The notes: a model not told the origin generated them from the letters alone. Numbered from the stretch's first letter, positions 17,367 through 26,795 are shown. The stretch: DNA of 60,489 nt from Nitrospirota bacterium (GCA_045403145.1 JAXIPA010000053.1:1-60489); one strand, 5' to 3'. Translations and numbers: made by a program.

Positions 17367-17855
17367 ATGGCGCGTACCATCGACAAATTTTCGGTTACCC
17401 TCGGCAAGATCCTGAAGGCCCGAGGGATGCAGGCCCGCCTTCATGAATATCGCATCTGGAGCCAGTGGGGCCGGACGGTGGGGCCGGCCATTGCGCGTCA
17501 CGCGCAACCCCAGGTGCTGCGGGGCGGCAAACTCGCGCTGGTCGTGGACAGCCCCGCATGGATGCAGCAGCTCTCGCTGATGAAACCTGAGATCATCGAA
17601 AAACTGAACAGGGACCTGGGAAGGGAAACGGTCAGGGACATCACGCTGAAACTCGGCGAGGTTCCTTCAGCAGGGGGAAAGACAGCTGAAGAGGAGCCGG
17701 CCCTCGCGGTCCTTACGGCAGAGGAGCGGGAGAAGATCGAGCAGTACCTTCAGGACATTAGTGATGCCGATACGCGCGGTATGCTCAGGCGCGTTATCGA
17801 AAGGGATTTCCAGAGCAAGAGGAGAGCGAGCTCCGGCAAGGGGATGAAGAAATAG
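17367..17855 (+). CDS. DUF721 / DciA-like protein
   Basis: MARTIDKFSVTLGKILKARGMQARLHEYRIWSQWGRTVGPAIARHAQPQVLRGGKLALVVDSPAWMQQLSLMKPEIIEKLN matches the DUF721 pattern. The track start at 17331 coincides with the -35 box, so ATG 17367 is preferred. Confidence 0.65.
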   Translation: MARTIDKFSVTLGKILKARGMQARLHEYRIWSQWGRTVGPAIARHAQPQVLRGGKLALVVDSPAWMQQLSLMKPEIIEKLNRDLGRETVRDITLKLGEVPSAGGKTAEEEPALAVLTAEEREKIEQYLQDISDADTRGMLRRVIERDFQSKRRASSGKGMKK

Positions 17856-17902
17856 GCGGCCCTCCCGGGATACTCAAAACACCGCTTTCCGCGTATGAAC
17901 GA

Positions 17903-18445
17903 TCACTTCTTAGGATACACGACCTTCGTGCCGCGGACTTCCGCCCAGGGTGTCAGGGCGTGGGGTTTCACCGATGTCCTGCTCATGATGTCCAGAACTG
18001 CGATACCTCGAACAAGAAGCGCGTCTCCGATCAGCGAGCGGTGGCATCGCCAGGGAACTGCTTCGGCGCACATGATCGCGGTCTTCATGTTCCCGGCGGC
18101 CTCGATCAGCTTCAACAGGCTTTCTTCGAATTCCTCCGTCTGCATATAATCGGCAAACCCCCGGAACGACGCGTTTTCCCAGCCCGCATTGAATGAATCT
18201 TTCCTCGCATGCCGTAATCCCCCCAGGCCCGCAATATGCAGATACTCGATGCCGGAAGCCTTCAGGCTTGTTTCGAGAGCGTCACTGTTGAATTGAGGGT
18301 TGTGACGCGACCGGGGAATTGTGCGCACGTCAGCGATACACTTGATGCCGTGCAACGTCAGAATTTCGATGAACTCCGAAAGGGGACGGGTCGAATGGCC
18401 GATGGTGTAAATAGCCGCGTCCGGATTAGCATCTCTATGGGTCAT
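17903..18445 (-). CDS. DUF488 family protein
   Basis: IYTIGHSTRPLSEFIEILTLHGIKCIADVRTIPRSRHNPQFN...IMCAEAVPWRCHRSLIGDAL is typical DUF488. Confidence 0.8.
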   Translation of the reverse strand: MTHRDANPDAAIYTIGHSTRPLSEFIEILTLHGIKCIADVRTIPRSRHNPQFNSDALETSLKASGIEYLHIAGLGGLRHARKDSFNAGWENASFRGFADYMQTEEFEESLLKLIEAAGNMKTAIMCAEAVPWRCHRSLIGDALLVRGIAVLDIMSRTSVKPHALTPWAEVRGTKVVYPKK

Positions 18446-18473
18446 GGGTCGGTTCGTTCGGGACCGCCGGATG

Positions 18474-19049
18474 TCATATCGTCCGCGGCCGGTTGATGAT
18501 CGACAGGAATTCCTCTCTCGTCGCCGGATTGGTGCGGAAGACCCCCAGCACCGCCGAGGTCACGAACGAGGAGTTTTGTTTTTCCACTCCCCGCATCATC
18601 ATGCAGAGATGCCGCGCTTCGATCATGACGCCTACGCCGTCCGCGTTGATCGAGTCCTTGATCGCAAAGGCGATCTGTTCCGTCAGCCGTTCCTGGATCT
18701 GGAGACGCCTTGCGAACATGTCGACCAGGCGGGCGAGCTTGCTGATGCCGAAGACGCGGCCCCGGGGAATGTAGCCGATGTGGCACCGGCCGTAGAACGG
18801 CAGCAGGTGGTGTTCGCAGAGGCTGTACAGCTCGATGTCCTTCACCACGACCATGCTGGTCGTTTCCTGCGCGAAGCAGGCCTGGTTGATCAGCTTCTCG
18901 ACATCGGCCTGGTAGCCCGAGGTAAGGTACGCCAGGGAGGCCGCAACGCGCTTGGGCGTATCAACGAGCCCCTCGCGCGCGGGGTCTTCGCCGAGTTCTA
19001 CCAGCAGTTCCCTTACCAGGTTCTGGATCCGTTCACTGTTTGCGCTCAT
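18474..19049 (-). CDS. folE: GTP cyclohydrolase I
   Basis: ...[22 protein letters not shown]...[13 protein letters not shown]: canonical FolE motifs. Confidence 0.95.
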   Translation of the reverse strand: MSANSERIQNLVRELLVELGEDPAREGLVDTPKRVAASLAYLTSGYQADVEKLINQACFAQETTSMVVVKDIELYSLCEHHLLPFYGRCHIGYIPRGRVFGISKLARLVDMFARRLQIQERLTEQIAFAIKDSINADGVGVMIEARHLCMMMRGVEKQNSSFVTSAVLGVFRTNPATREEFLSIINRPRTI

Positions 19050-19560
19050 GGAGGATTTCCTTTCTCAGGTGTTTTGTGTAGCCTTCAAGCGGCTTCATCG
19101 TATCGCGCGGGAGCGTTGTCGCCAATTCACTGATGCGCTGCCCCGAACCCGGCAGCATCAAATCGGGCGCAAGCTCCTGAAGCGGTATTGCTATGAACGG
19201 CCGTCTGGCGATATCGGGGTCCGGAAGCGTAAGGTCTTCCGTCGTCGTGATGAGTCCATCGAAGAGTATCAGGTCGAGGTCGATGGTCCGGGAGGCGTAT
19301 TTGTCCGCGCCCCGAACGCGGCCGAGCTCCGCTTCGATGCGCCGCAGGACCCGATGCTTCAGCTCGAAAGCCGGCAAAGCCGTTTCGATTTCGACGACGC
19401 AGTTGTAATACGGCGGCTGCCCCGGTCTCCCTTCGGCTTCGGTAAGATAAACGGTCGAGAGGGAGACGATGCGGACGCTGCGGGCGAGCAGGCGGATTGC
19501 CTTTTCGACGTTTTCCGCGGGACCGATGTTCGACCCCACGCTCACGAACGCCCGGGTCAT
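19033..19560 (-). CDS. folK: 2-amino-4-hydroxy-6-hydroxymethyldihydropteridine diphosphokinase
   Basis: [15 protein letters not shown]...[10 protein letters not shown]...[11 protein letters not shown]...[16 protein letters not shown]: HPPK pattern. Confidence 0.9.
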   Translation of the reverse strand: MTRAFVSVGSNIGPAENVEKAIRLLARSVRIVSLSTVYLTEAEGRPGQPPYYNCVVEIETALPAFELKHRVLRRIEAELGRVRGADKYASRTIDLDLILFDGLITTTEDLTLPDPDIARRPFIAIPLQELAPDLMLPGSGQRISELATTLPRDTMKPLEGYTKHLRKEILHERKQ

Positions 19561-19562
19561 GG

Positions 19563-19919
19563 CTATTTCCCCCGCTCCCGCGTGATCTCCACGCCGACGC
19601 TCTTTGCAAAGCGAAGCGCAGTCGTCTTTTCCACCCTCACCTGCGCCCGGGCAATGGCCGGGTATTCGAGGCAGATGTCTGCCACGGCCTCGGCCAGCGC
19701 TTCCACGAGATTGAACCGGGAGTTTTCCGCCATGGCCACGATCCGTTTCTTTACGGCGCTGTAGTCAACGGAGTCTTCAAGCCGGTCGCTTTTGCCGGCC
19801 TTTCCGAGGTCCGCCGAGAGCTCAAGATTGATCAGCACGTCCTGTTTTTCCCTGCGTTCCTCATCGCGAACGCCGATGATGCATCTGACAAGAAGATCGC
19901 TAATCAGGATTCGGTCCAT
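19563..19919 (-). CDS. folB: dihydroneopterin aldolase
   Basis: DRILISDLLVRCIIGVRDEERREKQDVLINLEL...DSVDYSAV: FolB pattern, 118 aa. Confidence 0.9.
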   Translation of the reverse strand: MDRILISDLLVRCIIGVRDEERREKQDVLINLELSADLGKAGKSDRLEDSVDYSAVKKRIVAMAENSRFNLVEALAEAVADICLEYPAIARAQVRVEKTTALRFAKSVGVEITRERGK

Positions 19920-20688
19920 TGGCCGCCTCCAGAAGGTGCCTGCCGCCGTCCACGTAGATGGTCTGACCTGTCACAAAATCGCTCCTGAGGAGGTAGAGTA
20001 CCGCTTCCGCGATGTCATCCGGACCGCCGTGCCGCTTGAGGGGCACGGTCTGCGCCAATCGATCCAGGTAGGCCTCGTCTTTTCCCGCGGGAGGGAGAAT
20101 CAGGCCGGGCGCGACCGCGTTCACCGTTATGTCGGGAGCGAATTCAAGTGCGCACATCCTGGTCAGGCTCGACAGCGCATGCTTGCTAAGGATATATGCC
20201 ACATGCTCCCGATCGTTGCCGGTGATCTTCGTGTCGAGGAGATTGACGATCTTGCCGCGTTTTACCAGCCGCGAGAATTCGCGGGACAGGACGAAGGGCG
20301 TCCACGCGTTCACGTGCACATGCTGCATGACGTCCCCGAAGCCGACATCCATGATCGTGCTGGGAAGAAAAATGGACGCATTGTTGACCAGGATGTCGAG
20401 CGATCCCGCGGCCCGGAGCGCCCGCGCGATCAGGGTCTCGTACTCTTCGGGCTTCTCCAGGTCGGCCATGACAGGCCATGATTTTGCGCCGCACTCGACC
20501 ACCTCGCTGCAGACTTTGATCGTGTCCGCTTCAAGGTTCCTTCGGTCGTGGGCCACGATATGCACGCCCTCCTCCGCGAGTGCAATGGCAAGGGCGCGGC
20601 CGATGCGTTTGCTCGCGCCGGTTACGAGGGCGACCTTCCCCTTCAGCTTGCCGAGGGCCGTACCCTGTCCGCCGGCCTGCGGGGTCAT
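19900..20688 (-). CDS. SDR-family oxidoreductase, pteridine-reductase-like by context
   Basis: VALVTGASKRIGRALAIAL (TGxxxxIG) and YILSKHAL (YxxxK). Embedded between folB and the pterin dehydratase gene. Confidence 0.8.
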   Translation of the reverse strand: MTPQAGGQGTALGKLKGKVALVTGASKRIGRALAIALAEEGVHIVAHDRRNLEADTIKVCSEVVECGAKSWPVMADLEKPEEYETLIARALRAAGSLDILVNNASIFLPSTIMDVGFGDVMQHVHVNAWTPFVLSREFSRLVKRGKIVNLLDTKITGNDREHVAYILSKHALSSLTRMCALEFAPDITVNAVAPGLILPPAGKDEAYLDRLAQTVPLKRHGGPDDIAEAVLYLLRSDFVTGQTIYVDGGRHLLEAANGPNPD

Positions 20689-21032
20689 GCGGCCCTCTCG
20701 CCTTGCTGTTGGGCAGCCAGAAGGTCGATCCTGGCAGCCACGATGAAATCGTTCATGGACAAGCCGCCGATCTTATGCGTCTTCAGGGACAACCTCACCT
20801 TGTTGTAGGAGATGAGGATGTCGGGATGATGGTCCTGCTCGTTCGCGATGGCGGCAACTCCGTTCACGAAGTCCATCGCCTGACGGAAATCCTTGAAATG
20901 AAAATCCCTGGTGACCATGGTTTCGGTCAGAGACCACTGCGGGATCTCGCGCATGAGCTCCACGGCCTCTTTCCGGGACAGGGAAGCAGTCCCCTTTGCT
21001 ATAGGCTTCGCTGTTTGTTCCGCGAGTTTCAT
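20685..21032 (-). CDS. phhB: pterin-4-alpha-carbinolamine dehydratase
   Basis: 115 aa; ...FVNGVAAIANEQDHHPDILISYNKVRLSLKTH... has the diagnostic HHPD core. ATGA overlap with the SDR gene. Confidence 0.85.
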   Translation of the reverse strand: MKLAEQTAKPIAKGTASLSRKEAVELMREIPQWSLTETMVTRDFHFKDFRQAMDFVNGVAAIANEQDHHPDILISYNKVRLSLKTHKIGGLSMNDFIVAARIDLLAAQQQGERAA

Positions 21033-21052
21033 TGAATGATCTCCTTATATTT

Positions 21053-21140
21053 GTCGTCCCCGAGTGCTTCTATCGGGGATCCAGGTGTTACATGGCTACA
21101 CGGAAAAACCAGATTCCCGATTAAACATTCGGGAATGACG
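21053..21140. repeat. TIR-less core of the MITE family
   Basis: GTCGTCCCCGAGTGCTTCTATCGGGGATCCAG ... CCAGATTCCCGATTAAACATTCGGGAATGAC: two-hairpin architecture like the core of copies 1-6. Confidence 0.5.
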
Positions 21141-21152
21141 ACGGAAAGAAAT

Positions 21153-22358
21153 TCACCGTATCAATCCGCGCAGACTGTCCTTGTTCACCGGTTCTCCCTT
21201 GCGGATCAGCTCCCGCGCGGCCTCCACCTTGTCCCACACATTGCACATCATGGCGCCCCGGACCCTGCCGTCCCTGAGGTAATAGATCACGCCCGTATCA
21301 TTCTCTTTCTGCCAGTCCGCGAAGGTCTCCAGCCGGGCATCGACTTCCCCCACGGCCTCGTACCCGAACTCAAAGAGGTCCGAGAAGAAGTAGGGCATGT
21401 AGGTGTAGGGCTCCCGGGCTCCGGCCATGTTTCTGCCCGCCCACTTGCCCTGGTTCAAGGCATTGTCCCAGTGCTCGACGCGCGTTTGTTTTCCGAGCAC
21501 CCGGTAGGGGAAGAACGCGATGTCGCCCGCGGCGTAGATGCCGGGGAGTGAGGCTTCAAGGTATTCGTCCACGATGATGCCATTGGCGGTCTGGAGTCCC
21601 GCCTTGCGAGGCAGATCGAGGGACGGCGCAATGCCGATGCCCGCGATCACCATGTCCGACACGAGTCTGACGCCGCTCTGCGTCTGCGTGATGAATTTGC
21701 CTCCCGCTTTCGCGAAGGCCGACGGCATTTCGTTGACCAGGACCTTTATGCCGCGCGCGAGGTACTGCTTCAAAAGCGCTCTCCCCAGGTATTCGGGAAA
21801 GACCTTGTTTACGAGGTAGGAATCGGGAAAGATCATCGTCACGCTGACTTTATTTATCGTGAGCGCGGCGGCGATTTCCGAGCCGATGAAGCCTCCGCCG
21901 ATGACGACCGCGGATTTTCCCTCTATCGATTCCTGCCGCAACCTGAGGTAGTCGTCGAGCGTACGAAAATAACAGATGCCTTCGATATTGCCGCCGGGGA
22001 TGGAAAGGGTCCGGGGCGCGCCGCCCGTGGCGAGAAGGAGTTTCTCGAAGCGGTACGTCTTGCCGTCGCTCGCGGCGATCGTCTTCGTTTTCGCGTCGAG
22101 CGCCGTGACCGTGATGCCGGGCGCCAGGGTCACGCCGTTCTGATCATAAAACTTTTGATCATGGAGAAAAATCTCCTCGACTTTTTTTTTGCCGAACCAG
22201 AGTTTCTTCGAGAGTGGCGGACGGTCATAGGGGAGGTGCTTCTCCGAGCCGATGAGCAGGATGCCGCCTGTCTTGTCCCGCTCCCGGATTCCTTCCACGG
22301 CTGATGCGCCCGCGAGCCCGCCGCCGATGATTATGTACGTGAATGTCTGATCACCCAT
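21153..22358 (-). CDS. FAD/NAD(P)-dependent pyridine nucleotide-disulfide oxidoreductase (ferredoxin-reductase / AIF-like)
   Basis: YIIIGGGLAGASA (FAD GxGxxG), second VVIGGGFIGSEIAA (NAD), AAGDIA motif. GGAGG SD. Confidence 0.85.
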   Translation of the reverse strand: MGDQTFTYIIIGGGLAGASAVEGIRERDKTGGILLIGSEKHLPYDRPPLSKKLWFGKKKVEEIFLHDQKFYDQNGVTLAPGITVTALDAKTKTIAASDGKTYRFEKLLLATGGAPRTLSIPGGNIEGICYFRTLDDYLRLRQESIEGKSAVVIGGGFIGSEIAAALTINKVSVTMIFPDSYLVNKVFPEYLGRALLKQYLARGIKVLVNEMPSAFAKAGGKFITQTQSGVRLVSDMVIAGIGIAPSLDLPRKAGLQTANGIIVDEYLEASLPGIYAAGDIAFFPYRVLGKQTRVEHWDNALNQGKWAGRNMAGAREPYTYMPYFFSDLFEFGYEAVGEVDARLETFADWQKENDTGVIYYLRDGRVRGAMMCNVWDKVEAARELIRKGEPVNKDSLRGLIR

Positions 22359-22488
22359 GATGCTCCTCCCCGTGAAGACCAGCCGCCTTGACGCGCAATC
22401 CCCCGTGCCGAGAGTGCCCTATCTATTATTACTATATCACACCTGTTCTGAATATTCGGAGGGACAGCAAGAGAGGAGGAGACGTGTC

Positions 22489-23220
22489 TTACGGCAGATC
22501 ATAGATGCGCCGCATCTCTTCGGAATAGCCGCCGTCCACTTCATGAACGATGAGCGGCGGCAGGGTATCAAGGCCCACGCCCGCCGACTTTACCGCTTCG
22601 ATCAGGACCAGCGATGCAGGCTTGTGATTATAGGGGTGCACGAAGCGCAGGCGCTTGGGTTCAAGCTTTTTCTCCCGCAGAAACGAGATTATCTCCGCGG
22701 CGCGGCTTGCGGGAAATACGAGGATGTATCTCCCTCTGTTCTTTAACAGGTCCCGGAGATCGAGCCACGCGTGAAGAGAAGCGGACCGGTCTTGCCGTGC
22801 GGACTGCCGCTCAGCGGAGGGACTGTTTCTGCCGGTTCCGGACTTCGTATAGGGCGGGTTGGCGACGATGACATCGAAAGAGTCCGGCGCGAAGGACCGG
22901 TTCAGATACTGCACGTCCCCATCAATGGGAACGATGGCGTCCGAGAGTCCGTTTTGCTCGATATTGCCGCAGAGGAGGCCGTATGCCCGCGGCTCGAATT
23001 CGTCCGCTACAAACCGGGCACTGGGGAATTTCTTTGCAAGTAGCAGGGAAATGACGCCGGTCCCGGCGCCAAGTTCCAGTATCCTGTCGCGGGGCCTGAT
23101 GCGGCAGAAATCAGCAAGAAGGAGGCTGTCCAGGGTGAAACGGACGCCTTTTCCCGGTTGGGCGACGGTTACCACGCCTGCGCCGCGCAGGGCGATGCTG
23201 TCACTGGTGACGGCCGTCAT
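22489..23220 (-). CDS. N6-adenine methyltransferase, tRNA1(Val) m6A37 TrmN6/YfiC-like
   Basis: ILELGAGTGVISLLLA SAM motif and VIVANPPY catalytic motif. Start set to ATG 23220, overlapping the upstream TGA (ATGA). Confidence 0.75.
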   Translation of the reverse strand: MTAVTSDSIALRGAGVVTVAQPGKGVRFTLDSLLLADFCRIRPRDRILELGAGTGVISLLLAKKFPSARFVADEFEPRAYGLLCGNIEQNGLSDAIVPIDGDVQYLNRSFAPDSFDVIVANPPYTKSGTGRNSPSAERQSARQDRSASLHAWLDLRDLLKNRGRYILVFPASRAAEIISFLREKKLEPKRLRFVHPYNHKPASLVLIEAVKSAGVGLDTLPPLIVHEVDGGYSEEMRRIYDLP

Positions 23221-23609
23221 AGTAATTTTTCGACGTACTCGGCGGGCAGCCGTTTGGGCCGTCCGTTGGGGTCGACATAGACGACTTTTGCCCGGCATTC
23301 CACGAAGACGCGGCCGGAGGTCTTCTCGCGCATGATGTGTTCGAATATCATGGTGGCGCGGGTCACGTCCCTGACCCAGGTTTCGATTCCGATCGTGTCT
23401 CCGTAACGGGCAGGAGAGCGATAGTCGATCTCGACCCGGAGCACCATGAAGATCGTGCCCTCATCCATGAGTTTTTTGACAGATAGTCCACGAGAAGCGA
23501 AATATTCCGTCCTCGCCCGCTCCATGTAGCGCAGATAGTTGGCATAGTACACCACCCCGCCGCAGTCCGTGTCTTCATAATAGATATGAACGTCCATGGT
23601 GTGGTTCAA
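23217..23609 (-). CDS. ybgC: acyl-CoA thioesterase, YbgC/4HBT family
   Basis: VHIYYEDTDCGGVVYYANYLRYMERARTEYF is the typical YbgC hot-dog N-terminus. TTG start 23609 lies 7 nt after AGGAG. Confidence 0.8.
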   Translation of the reverse strand: MNHTMDVHIYYEDTDCGGVVYYANYLRYMERARTEYFASRGLSVKKLMDEGTIFMVLRVEIDYRSPARYGDTIGIETWVRDVTRATMIFEHIMREKTSGRVFVECRAKVVYVDPNGRPKRLPAEYVEKLL

Positions 23610-24367
23610 CTCAAGGCTCCTTTTATCGTCCCCGAACGATGCTGTCGCAGATCCGGTACTTTAACAGGTTGTTGAAAAAGTCCCGGTTCCATGAACAACG
23701 CACCCTAAAGGGTGCGGCTACCTTGAAACAAATCAAAATATTAGAATCTGGTAGCCGCGGGCTTTAGCCTGCGCAAGTTTTGAAAGGTCTTAGTTTAAAA
23801 TATTTTCATGGTTTTGTCGAGGTAAAGATTGGAAGATAAGTGGTCAGAAGGAACAGCGTGGAGGCCATGCGTGTTTGTCAGCCTGCCAGGGAATGGTGAG
23901 AAGTGATAATCAAGGATAAACGGGAAAATAAGGTTGAGGCATAAAAAAAGGCGCTGCCTGCGAACCGCTTTGATATTCCGTTGAGCTGCGAAAACTTCCG
24001 GGAAGTACAACCTGCTTCTGCGGCTCTGCTCTGCAGACCCTGTGAAGCTTCGTGTATATACTTCTTCCCGCGTATCTCAGCAGCTTAGGGGTTTTAGCTC
24101 TTCCGCTCTTATGGTCGACTGCGCTGCAACCGGTAGACTGGCCGCTCAACTTGCCGCCCTCTTACCGGCCTCGGCGATCCATTAAATGCGGTGCCTGATC
24201 CCCTTTATAACGGGTCATCATATGTACACCTATCGGTGATGGTTCGGCAACGCCCTGCAAATTCTCTCTTGCTTTCAAAGACCGTTTACGCCGGATATCC
24301 CTTGCGTTTCTTTAATTTTAATATACCATATTTTTAAACCTGCTGCGGTTTTTTTTCCAGAATTGTC

Positions 24368-24396
24368 TTGACCGTACAGGGGATTCTCTTTACAAT
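24368..24396 (+). promoter_or_regulatory. sigma70-like promoter of pabB-like gene
   Basis: TTGACC 24368-24373, 17-nt spacer, TACAAT 24391-24396. ATG at 24412 leaves only about 8-9 nt of SD-less leader. Confidence 0.55.
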
Positions 24397-24411
24397 TTTA
24401 CCACGTTACCC

Positions 24412-25941
24412 ATGGACAGAATCATTCCCTCAAAAAAAGAATTTCTCAGCCGTCTCGGGTCCGGAGCGATCACGCCCCTTGTCGCGGATATCAGCACCAT
24501 GGGTCTTTCACCGCTTGCCGCGCTGGAAGCGCTGCGGCAGGACGGTTACCCCGTGCTGCTTGAAAGCGCCCGGGCCAGCGGCAAAATCGGCAGGTATTCC
24601 TTTGTCACGGCGGACCCCTATCTGATATTCCGGTCCCGGGGCGAGACGGTGGAACTTATCCTGCCGGAAACGCCGGCGGGAAAATACGGCAGGCGGGCCA
24701 CGACGAAGCGAAAGCCGCTCCTGAAGCTGCGGGAGCTTCTCAATAACTACCGGACGACGGGAGTCCCGGGTCTTCCGCCCTTCACCGGCGGGGCTGTCGG
24801 GTTCTTTTCCTATGATTTCGTTCATCAAGTCGAACAGCTTCCGCGCAGAGCCGCAGTCGACCTGGACATCCCCGAAGCCTATTTCATTTTTGTCGACCTT
24901 GTCATCGCCTTCGACCATGTCTTAAACTCGGCGTGGGTGATCGTGAACCCCGGAGCGCGCGAGCAGGAGCTGGGTTTCAGGCGGCCCGGACCGGGGCAGT
25001 GGGCGCGGCTTTATGACGAAGCTGCTGCCCGGCTCTTTGCGACAATCGCAAGGCTGGAGGCGATGGCGAAAAAAGGCGACGCTTCCTTATTCGAAACGAA
25101 ACAGGACGGCAGGGATTATTCCCTTATGTCCAACCTGACCCAATCCAGGTTCGAGTCCATGGTCTCGCGCTGCAAGGAGTATATCGCCGGCGGCGACATT
25201 TACCAGGCCAACCTCTCCCAGCGGCTTTCCGCTGACATCGGCAGCGCGGACACGCTCCGGTTATACAAGATCCTGCGAAGCGGCAACCCCTCGCCCTTTG
25301 CCGCCTGGCTTGATTTCGGCGACCTGCAGCTGGTGAGTTCCTCTCCGGAGAGGCTCATCCGCCTCCACGAAGGAGTCGCCGATACGCGGCCCATCGCGGG
25401 AACGCGCCGCAGGGGGGCGGACCATGCGGAGACGCAGGAGCTTTCCGTGGAGCTCCTGACGAACGAGAAGGAACGGGCCGAGCACATCATGCTTTTGGAC
25501 CTGGAGCGGAACGACCTCGGCAAGGTGTGCGAATACGGCTCAGTCGCCGTTGACGAGATGATGGTGGTGGAGGACTACTCCCACGTGATCCACATCGTCT
25601 CGAATGTACGCGGCAGGCTCGCCCCGGGTAGGGACGCCTTCGATCTGGTCCGCGCAGTGTTCCCCGGCGGGACGATCACGGGCGTTCCCAAGGTGCGGTG
25701 CATGGAGGTCATCGACGAACTCGAACCGGTGGCGCGCGGCCCCTACACGGGCTCGATCGGGTATTTCTCGAACTCAGGCGACATGGACCTGAACATCATC
25801 ATCCGTACCTTCGTCGTCAAGGACGGTATCGCCTACGTCCAGGTGGGCGCTGGCATCGTCGCCGACTCCGATCCGGAACGGGAGTATTTTGAAACGCTCC
25901 AGAAGGCCGAGGCGCTCAGAAAGGCCCTGGAATTGCTCTAA
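24412..25941 (+). CDS. pabB: aminodeoxychorismate / anthranilate synthase component I family
   Basis: 509 aa with a chorismate-binding C-terminal domain (...ERAEHIMLLDLERNDLGKV...FPGGTITGVPKVRCMEVIDELE...RGPYTGSIGY). The PabB assignment rests on proximity to fol genes. Confidence 0.85.
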   Translation: MDRIIPSKKEFLSRLGSGAITPLVADISTMGLSPLAALEALRQDGYPVLLESARASGKIGRYSFVTADPYLIFRSRGETVELILPETPAGKYGRRATTKRKPLLKLRELLNNYRTTGVPGLPPFTGGAVGFFSYDFVHQVEQLPRRAAVDLDIPEAYFIFVDLVIAFDHVLNSAWVIVNPGAREQELGFRRPGPGQWARLYDEAAARLFATIARLEAMAKKGDASLFETKQDGRDYSLMSNLTQSRFESMVSRCKEYIAGGDIYQANLSQRLSADIGSADTLRLYKILRSGNPSPFAAWLDFGDLQLVSSSPERLIRLHEGVADTRPIAGTRRRGADHAETQELSVELLTNEKERAEHIMLLDLERNDLGKVCEYGSVAVDEMMVVEDYSHVIHIVSNVRGRLAPGRDAFDLVRAVFPGGTITGVPKVRCMEVIDELEPVARGPYTGSIGYFSNSGDMDLNIIIRTFVVKDGIAYVQVGAGIVADSDPEREYFETLQKAEALRKALELL

Positions 25942-26014
25942 AACAGGTATTTCTTTCCCTTACAAGGCCATTTGCGATATAATCCGGTAAAATTCAAGCA
26001 AGGGACAGCGTTTA

Positions 26015-26320
26015 ATGATCATCATCCACAAGATAAACGATTTGCTCTTTAGCCTTTTTCCCAAAGCAGGGGAACAGGGAAGGAATACGGAAGCCCTGAA
26101 GGAAGCTCTGATTGCCTACTATACAGAATTGATGAAGTCGTTCCACGGCAGCGGCACATTCTGGACGCAGATAGATAATATCATCGAAACGCCTTTATTC
26201 GTGAACTCTCAGTTGACAAGCATGGTGCAAATCGCGGATGTCTGCGCCTTCTCGTTTCGAGACTCTCAGGTCTTTGTAGCTTGCCCGGATTTATTCACCA
26301 TATCTTCCGGACAGTCTTAA
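26015..26320 (+). pseudogene. possible C-terminal fragment of a DUF3800-like gene
   Basis: IIETPLFVNSQLTSMVQIADVCAFSFR resembles the conserved DUF3800 C-terminal Q(I/L)AD segment. The N-terminal two-thirds are absent, and the ORF ends inside the 68-bp repeat. Confidence 0.3.
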
Positions 26321-26342
26321 AGACTCTTAAAAATAGTCCTCA
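26275..26342 (+). repeat. 68-bp direct repeat, copy A
   Basis: TGTAGCTTGCCCGGATTTATTCACCATATCTTCCGGACAGTCTTAAAGACTCTTAAAAATAGTCCTCA. Roughly 85% identical by eye to 27440-27507; contains the palindrome AGTCTTAAAGACT. Confidence 0.75.
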
Positions 26343-26737
26343 CTCATGCACAAGATTCGCCTCAACGCCGTATTCCGCGGGGATTCGCCGGGGTCGTTTC
26401 TTTATCCTCGATATCATCGCGCCAAGCATCCTTATTCCCGAATATCGCAGTTGCGGAATAACCCTTCCAACCGCTGCTGCGCCCCTTCCGAAATCCTTTC
26501 TAAAGCAACAAGGAATCTTGGGGACGTTAATACGCAACGCGCATTAATCCTTCCACGGTGCTTCATAGCTCGAAGAAAACCTCGCCATTTCCTCGTTCAC
26601 TATCTACCGGGCATCACGTCTTGTGATCGCCGAATTCGCATATCCGTGATCGGGTAGCCCCCTCACCTTGTTCCTCTCCCGCACGAAAAAGTTGGCGTCT
26701 CCAGGCGAGGGGAGAGGATGGTAAATACCAATTCGTC

Positions 26738-26766
26738 TTGACGTTTATCAGTGCATGGTATATACT
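26738..26766 (+). promoter_or_regulatory. sigma70-like promoter of mazEF-like cassette
   Basis: TTGACG 26738-26743, 17-nt spacer, TATACT 26761-26766, followed by AAGGAGG and ATG 26796. Confidence 0.6.
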
Positions 26767-26795
26767 GCTGGTGATACCCGTAAAGGAGGTGTTCC

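Noticed and set aside
23800-24300. RNase P RNA, tmRNA, SRP RNA or a group II intron domain in the ORF-free gap. The minus strand has GGGGATCAGG...CGGTAAGAG, reminiscent of an RNase P segment.
   Set aside because: The universal RNase P blocks (GAGGAAAGTCCGGGC, ACAGAA..GGCTTA) are absent. So are the tmRNA tag frame and T-arm, the SRP GGAAG-type motif and an intron domain V consensus. Kept only as an unclassified candidate.
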